Shown here piece by piece: positions 56,536 through 64,000 of a stretch of DNA of 64,000 nucleotides. Below the pieces are notes generated by a model. It was not told the DNA's origin. It worked only from the letters and a program-made list of their open reading frames with translations, and did not search any database. How positions within the stretch are numbered: the first letter of the stretch is position 1; the number at the start of each line of letters is the position of its first letter. Made by a program: the position numbers and the translations under genes. The stretch spans positions 248,001-312,000 of the forward strand of contig JBBPEB010000015.1 in assembly GCA_039096225.1 (NCBI GenBank), read 5' to 3'. The DNA is from Blastocystis sp. Blastoise. Taxonomy: Eukaryota; Protista; Bigyra: Opalinata.

Positions 56536-57188
56536 TTACTGGAAGAAACAACTATTAGGTTCAATTGGGTCACTACGTCCGTCTCCGAGAGTAGGAGAAG
56601 CAGGAATACCATTCCAATTAAGCCAACATCTCTGATATATCAAACGATCAAGAACTGTGTCTTGATTTAAAAGTTCAGCACGTGTCCAGAGAGTTTCTGA
56701 AGCAGCTAAAGCACGTGGTAAGATTGTTTTTTCTTGAACAGAAATATCAACTAGAAAGAATGATATTGTTATATTAACGATAAAGATATATTATAGAATA
56801 AATAATAGTATAAATATATATATAAAATCAATTCTATATACCTTTTTCTCCCCACATACATACTTCTCCTCCTAAAACAAGTTTTAATTGTTCAGGATCT
56901 GTAATACCATCTAAACTATATATATATATATAGATATAATTATGATACTATTTGATAAATATAAAAATATATTGATTCTATATATATTAAAAAGCTTAAT
57001 CCATAATAACTATTCCAATGTAAATAAAGTTGATCTAAATACCACTGATAATAATTGGAGTATATAGCTCTAAAAATATACATAGAATTATTATTTAATT
57101 AATGATTATATAGTATAATATTTGTATATAGCTCTAAATCCCTTGGAAGTAACGTCTTTAACGGCATTTTGTTGACCAAGCCATACTT

Positions 57189-57240
<52 letters not shown>

Positions 57241-57371
57241 ATACTTCAATAATACTATCTTTAGGAACAGAGAAAGAACGATACACTTCTTCCCAAAAGA
57301 CAGGGCTACGATTATATTTCTTAAGAATATCATATACCTATATATATCATAATTATAGATAATTATAGATA

Positions 57372-57415
<44 letters not shown>

Positions 57416-57862
57416 TATACTCTATTAATAAAATAACCATAAGCATCAGTAGTAGAGTATCCTTTCTCTTTCATCCAAGCAGCTATTTCAGGGACATCAT
57501 TCCAACATTGAGTGTTTACTTATATATATATATAGGTATATATATGTTACACATGGATTCATATAAAATAATAAAATAACTAAAAATAGAATAATCACGG
57601 GAATATACTTCATCTCCTCCAACATGGAATAAAGCTTCAGGAAGACGTTTAGATATATATATATAATCGATGATTATATATATCTAAATATATATATATA
57701 TATTTAGAAACTGATTTGATCATAGCTTCAATAACTTCGAAAGTATGTTCACTAGCAGGATTCAGAGGAGTTAAGCAAGTTTCAGAAGGACAAATGGAAG
57801 GATCTGATTTACACCAAATAGCAGCATGTCCGGGAACATCGATTTCGGGCATAACACGAATA

Positions 57863-57912
<50 letters not shown>

Positions 57913-58976
57913 TACCTCTTTGACGAGCATATTCAATAACTTCTTCAGTATCTTCCTATATATATATAGTTATAGTAACATTAGCAATGTATATATATAC
58001 AAGAGTATATCGTTCATAAGCAGAATAGGAAGAAGGGAACATATCAATACCTTCAATCTCCATAGGGAATGATTGTTCATCAGAAATATGCCAGTGAAGG
58101 ACGTTTAACTTAATAAGAGACATACTATCAATAACATTATAAATGGCTCTAACGGGTAAAAAGTGACGAGAACTATCAATTAATAATCCACGATAACCAA
58201 ATGATGGATGATCTTGAATGGACCAAGGAGCGTGTTTAATATGATACACATGATCAGCAGGTGACCATTGAATTAATTGATTTAAAGAAGTTAAAGCGTG
58301 ATAATAACCATAAATACACTTCGATTTGATTTCAATAGTAGTAGCAGAATCAGGAATATAAAGAGAATAAGATTCATCATATCCTTGTTGTAAATCACAA
58401 TTGAGATCTTCAATAGAAACAGTAATAGTATTAATATTACCATCAGAAACATTAGCAGTATGAACATTAACACGCTTAACTAATCTATTGAAGGCATTGA
58501 CAACATCATCAGATGCAGTTTCAGTAACAAGTTTAATGTTTTTCATATCAACGTCAACAATAGTATTTCCATTAGTGAAGTTATTGGGAAGAGGCCAAAG
58601 AACATTATCAGGTTCTTTTCCAGAAGGTCCATGAACTAAAGAACAATAAAACAGTAATTAATATATCAAAAATGAAAAAAAAAAATTAAAAAAATAGTTT
58701 AGTTAAACATAAACTTCGCAAATACATACTGCTAGAAATAATATAAAGGTCGACAGCAGTTTCTTGATTCATTACACCACCAAGTTTCTTTAACCAACCG
58801 TGGGTGTTGAATCCAATACATTCTTCAATCTCATCACAAATAGTTTTCATTTGTTCAACTGATTCGAAATCAACGTGCTTCACATCTTGGTTCCAGTCCA
58901 TCTTACGGTAAACAACATAATCTTTAGCATTAACTAATGCCAAGAATAAAACAAATAAAGCTAAATAACTTTTCAT
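56536..58976 (-). CDS. Secreted/lysosomal beta-N-acetylhexosaminidase (GH20)
   Basis: Signal peptide MKSYLALFVLFLALVNA; LWPLP, DESYSL, YRGLLIDSSRHF, NVLHWH, GIRVMPEIDVPGH, FHVGGDE, WYLD, GGEVCMWGE, PRALAASETLW. Confidence 0.95.
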
Positions 58977-59748
58977 TTTAACGAAATAAAAATTTATGTA
59001 ATCTTTGATCTTCTTTGGAGAAAACACAGAAAAATGACGAATCCAGTGGTTTTGTGTCATACCATCCACGAATAATATTGTTCTAGTGGATTGTTAGAAA
59101 AAGTGAAAGTGTTTCGAAGATTGTTTTTGATGCACTATACGTCACAAATAATACCATTACGATTCATTTTTCTTCTTCCTTTTTATTGATTAGATAGGTA
59201 TTGAATATAAATGTATAGATCTGTAAATATATCTAAAAACAAGTGAATCAATGTTGAAAAGAGGAAAAACTGTTATTATTAACACGTAAATCGTATAGAA
59301 GAAACAGAGTATAAAATGAGACAATCATAATATCTTAAACTGTGATATCGGAGCTACTGAAATCCAAGTTAGAATTGAGATATAAATAATTATACTTTCT
59401 AAAGATTGCCATCAAAGTTTAATCATATACCATCTAATTTAAATGCAGTAATGTCTTGATCAATATTTAGATCTTAAAATGATATCAAACTTTAAATCTT
59501 TCAAATGAGTCAATTATATAAATAGTATCTTTATTGTTCCATTGACACAACACAAATGTTACAAAGCTGGATTTCATTCAAGAGTATTCTCCAGCCTTTG
59601 AAATGTATTCAAGAATATATAGAGAAGAAAACAAAAAAAAAAACTGGAAAAAGCTGAAAGTTCCTTGTTTTTAGAATTCTATTAATAACCATTTCTTCTA
59701 TAGAAAACCAACATAATTATTTAATTCATTAATACATACTTACTAGAA

Positions 59749-60506
59749 ATGAAAAGCGTTATAATTCTTTGTATAATTGCATGTATAGCTTCTTCTGCTG
59801 CTGTTCAGAAACCTGTTAGTCTTCCTGATTTAGTTGGTTCTTGGATTTACAATCAAAAGAAGATCACTCTTTCAACTGGTGCTATTCTTGAAGCTCAATC
59901 TCTTGCTGAATACAATATCACTAGTACTGGCTCTGAAGGCGAATATGAGTTGATCCCTGTTTTCATTCATAACGGTTTCAGAATGGATGATGAAAAACAA
60001 TATGTCATGAGTACTAAGGATAATATGACTGCTACTTTAAATGAAATAATCAACGGTGAAACTCCTGAAACAAAAGAAATTGTTACTTTTACTCTTCAAG
60101 AATTCTTAAAGGGTGATTTTTATATGGCCTTTGGTTCTATTCCTAACAGTAACTATCAATATGAATTTACTTATTTAAATAAGAATTATATTTCTGTGAA
60201 GTTTTCTGATGTTACTAATGATGTTGCTTATGTCATTTCTGCTCGTCGTGTTATTGTTCCTCCTCCTAAAACATTCTTCCAAAAGTATGGTACCTATATC
60301 ATGATGGCTGCTATCATTCTTTCTCAAGTATATATATATATTTATATATATATATTATGTTATCATTTTATTTCTACTATTCTTTATATATAATTTCTTT
60401 GCTATTTCTACATATCTTTTCATCCATATATTTTATATTTATATAGCTTTTGACTAAAGGTTTAGTTCCTAATGAACAACCACAAGAACATTTGAAGACA
60501 AATTAA
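59749..60506 (+). CDS. Type I membrane protein (signal peptide, lumenal beta domain, C-terminal TM)
   Basis: MKSVIILCIIACIASSA signal; KTFFQKYGTYIMMAAIIL TM, loosely EMC10-like; 2 exons. Confidence 0.7.
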
Positions 60507-60769
60507 TTTTTTTTTATATTGACACATTTTTTCCTTTTCTTTTCTTGTTTGCTTAAATATATATATATTAAACAACAAAATATATAGTTTCATATAATAT
60601 AGTTAACATTATTATGTTTCTAATTTTCTTTTTTGTTATACATTAATAATATCAAAAAATATGTTTTTAATGAGGGACTGGATAAAGAACCGCGGAAAAA
60701 AGTTAGAAAAAACCACAAGAAATTGAAAATTCAAGATTTTATTATTATTTATTAATCGATAATTTTACA

Positions 60770-61708
60770 ATGAATAATGATATTCGAAGTGAAATTTTTG
60801 ATTCACCGATAGGGACGACTAGTCTTTCACAACAATCAGATAATGGAAATACTTTAGAACTTCAATGGAGGAACTCACCCCTTGTCAAGAAGAAACAAAA
60901 TGAGTCAAATACAAAGTATATGATTTTTTATAATATGTACAATATAATTTTTGATATAAAGTGTTATTAACGTACAACATGATTTAAAACAGTTAGAAAA
61001 AATTACAAAGAATTTATTTCCTGAGAAAGAGAATGAACCAGGAATATCATTCACTCAGCAGGTGATGAATATGGATGACGACGAGCTTTCTCCTAAAAAG
61101 AAACGTTACAGATTTAGTCCATTGAAGCCGTCTCCTTTATCAAGAACTCCCAGAATAGATAGAACATCATCAACACAACAAAAAACACGTACATAATTTA
61201 CTTTTATAATTATTAGATATCAATATTTGAAAATTATAATATTCTTATTTGTATAGATTCATCAACAAATGATACTGTTTTTGACATTGATTTTGATTCT
61301 CCAAAAGAAAAATTATGTATTGATGATGACTTGTTCTTATTATCTCATGATCCTATAACTTCATTACCTCCTGTTCCTACTACAAAAGTATCTTCTTTCA
61401 CTATGGATTCCACTATCGGTTGTACTATGTGCTCTGTGAAATCTAATCTTGAAGGTCAACCGAAAAGAGTGAAAAGCAATGAAGATCCTCATAATCAAGA
61501 ATCACATAATAATTTATCTTATAAATCACATAATAATAGTATATCCTATAGTTTATCGTCAAATGAGCAAGTGCATTTAGAACAATGTATATATATAATA
61601 TTTATATTTATATATATATTTATATTATTTTCTATTTAATTATCTTTCAATCCTATCTTTCTATAGCTTCTTCTCTTCCTCCTCTTCCTCCATCTTCTTC
61701 TTCTATTG

Positions 61709-61747
<39 letters not shown>

Positions 61748-64000
61748 TATCAAACCCTTTCAGTCTTCCTTCTTCTTCTTCACCTGTTCCTTCGTTTTTT
61801 AATAAAACAATGAATGCTCAATCTATTTTCAATAAATCCTCAATATCATCCACAAAGTCATCTCAAAGTATTTCATCAAAAACAGCACCTTCACTTATTG
61901 TCACATCTAACACAGATTCTATATTCTCACCTCTCAAAGTCTCATTAGAAAAGAAGACAGTTTTGGATCTATCAACTCCAACCAAACGTCCTCTTCTTCA
62001 AACAACTATTTCTTCTTCATCTCTACCAGTACTATCTAATAATATATCCTCTATCTCATCCAAATCTATTGCTGATTCTATTTCATCTAATAATATTTCT
62101 TCTAATAATATTTCATCAAATAATAATTCTAATAATATTTCTTCTAATAATATTTCTTCTAATAATATTTCTTCTAATAATATTTCTACTAATAATATTT
62201 CTACTAATAATATTTCTTCTAATAATAAATCTTCTAATAATAATTCTAATAATATTTCTACTCATAATATTTCTTCCAATAATATTCCTGCTCCTACCTT
62301 CTCTATTTCTTCATCATCATTGTCTTCTTCTATTCCAAATACAGTTACATCTCTTTCTAAGATAACTGCAGACCAAGTTCCTTCCACAATTACTCCTTCC
62401 TCCTCCTCATCTACTATTCCATCCCATACTATTTACGTGCCACAAACCTCTGTACCTCCCCAACAAAGTCATTCTCCATCTTCTCTTCCTTCACAATCTA
62501 TATCTTATTTTGATGATGATTTCTTTTTCAATGAAGAAAACTTAAAATTACTTGATGATATAGAAAAACAATATTCACAACATCAAGTAATTCCATCTGT
62601 AGTTACAACTGATATTCCTATGGAATCTACTTCAGTTCCTCTAACAGTAGAACCTTCATCTTCTTCCTATTCATCACTAATAAAATCAGTTACAAATGTG
62701 ACGCAACTCTTCGTAACTCCATCTATAAATAGATCAAATAGTATCAATAAGAATGAACACACAAAAGAAACTCTTCATAATGAAATATGTACTATACCAA
62801 TAATAGATATAAATCATGAAAACAATTCTCAATTGCATAAAAATAGTTCTTCTTCTACTATTCATCCTCCTACTCCCACAGTCTCACATGGGAATTCCTT
62901 GATTACTCCCTCAAAAGTGGCTCTTCCCCAAGATTCTCCATCACCCTTTACAAAGCTATATGGTCAAATAACCTTAGATGATATGAATCTATTGGATCAA
63001 ATAGAAAAAGAAGCTATTGAAAAAAAGAAACAAAATAAATCTCAACAGTATATACATATTATATTTATGTTTGTATTCTATAATTTAGTATAATTATAAA
63101 ATATATATTTTATTATCATGTATCTTGTTATTATATGTTTATGTGTATACATATATAGAGTAGAATATTCTTCTCCTCTTCTTTCTATTCCTTCAATGTC
63201 CACCCCTGGAGATTCTCTCTTATCTTCTACTCATATATATGCAGAAGTACTTACTGTATTTTCCATGACTAATGAAAGGACTGGGTATATCTCACAAGTA
63301 CAACTAACAGTAAAAGCATTAGAAGAAGCCTATAATAATCGTCAGTATAATGTTATTCTCACGGGGCAATGGTATGTTCATATAGTATAGTTATTAGTAT
63401 TTTTTATTTATTATTTATTATTTATTATTTATTATTTATTATTTATTATTTATTATTTATTATTTATTATTTATTATTAATAATTTTTATTTATAGTTTT
63501 TATTTATTATTTATTTATTATTTATTTATTATTTATTTATTATTTATTTATTATTTATTTATTATTTATTTATTATTTATTTATTATTTATTTATTATTT
63601 ATTTATTATTTATTTATTATTTATTATTTATTATTTATTTATTTATTTATTATTTATTATTTATTATTTATTTATTTATTTATTTATTATTTATTATTTA
63701 TTATTTATTATTTATTTATTTATTATTTATTATTTATTATTTATTTATTATTTATTTATTTATTTATTTATTATTTATTATTTATGTATTTCTTTAACAT
63801 TCTGTATTGCTACTGTTTTTACTCTGTTTCTTCTTCTTCTTTAGGATTCAGTCGCCTATATATCCAGGAACTCTGGTTAATATTCTATTTGATTCTCCAA
63901 TTCCATCTCCTGATTGTGTTCCAAACCCTCTCTATGTTTCGGATGATCACAATTGGATCATTGTATTTCCTGATTATTTATGTACTGCAACCCTCATTTC
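60770..64000 (+). CDS. DNA2: DNA2 helicase/nuclease-like gene, 5' part (long disordered N-terminus then OB fold); runs off the window
   Basis: VILTGQWIQSPIYPGTLVNI...DDHNWIIVFPDYLCTATLI matches the Dna2 pattern L..W....V.PGD..H...LI..PD.LIS.T. Catalytic domains are not in the window. Confidence 0.6.
62085..62290 (+). repeat. Coding 15-nt repeat encoding (S/T)NNIS
   Basis: Tandem tctaataatatttct units within the large exon. Confidence 0.85.
63400..63782 (+). repeat. Intronic compound TTAT/TTATTAT satellite
   Basis: Degenerate (ATTT)/(ATT) mosaic filling a DNA2 intron. Confidence 0.85.

Noticed and set aside
58977-59069. Upstream GTG extension of the hexosaminidase ORF
   Set aside because: ATG 58976 directly begins a good signal peptide; the extension is probably 5' UTR.

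Overview
Very AT-rich, intron-dense nuclear DNA of a unicellular eukaryote using the standard code. A stramenopile such as a Blastocystis-type lineage is plausible but cannot be shown from this window. I reconstructed about 21 spliced protein genes by reading across GT-AG introns, plus one tRNA-Gln(CTG). Most ORF-track entries are exon fragments or microsatellite read-through. Recognisable genes: p47/UBX-SEP, EEF2KMT, PGLS, PP2A B56, ATG16L, PCIF1-like, ELP3, RPS3, HINT3 (absent from the ORF track), Mei2-like, Rtt106/SSRP1-like, RDD, GH20 hexosaminidase and DNA2 (partial). Main highlights: (1) one spliceable gene at 49820-54656 joining a PAS-like sensor, an SLC4/Band-3 cytoplasmic domain and an OCA2/P-protein (IT superfamily) membrane domain; (2) introns in the hexosaminidase, RPS3 and ELP3 genes that lack a frame-preserving GT-AG pair and are mostly flanked by exon-identical direct repeats, either non-canonical splicing or an RNA-polishing artefact; (3) a PH-B56 fusion; (4) a Ubl-ARM-polyproline gene with 18 consecutive phase-1 introns and roughly one repeat per exon; (5) a HACE1-like protein without a HECT domain. 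All family calls come from motif recognition by eye; no searches were run.
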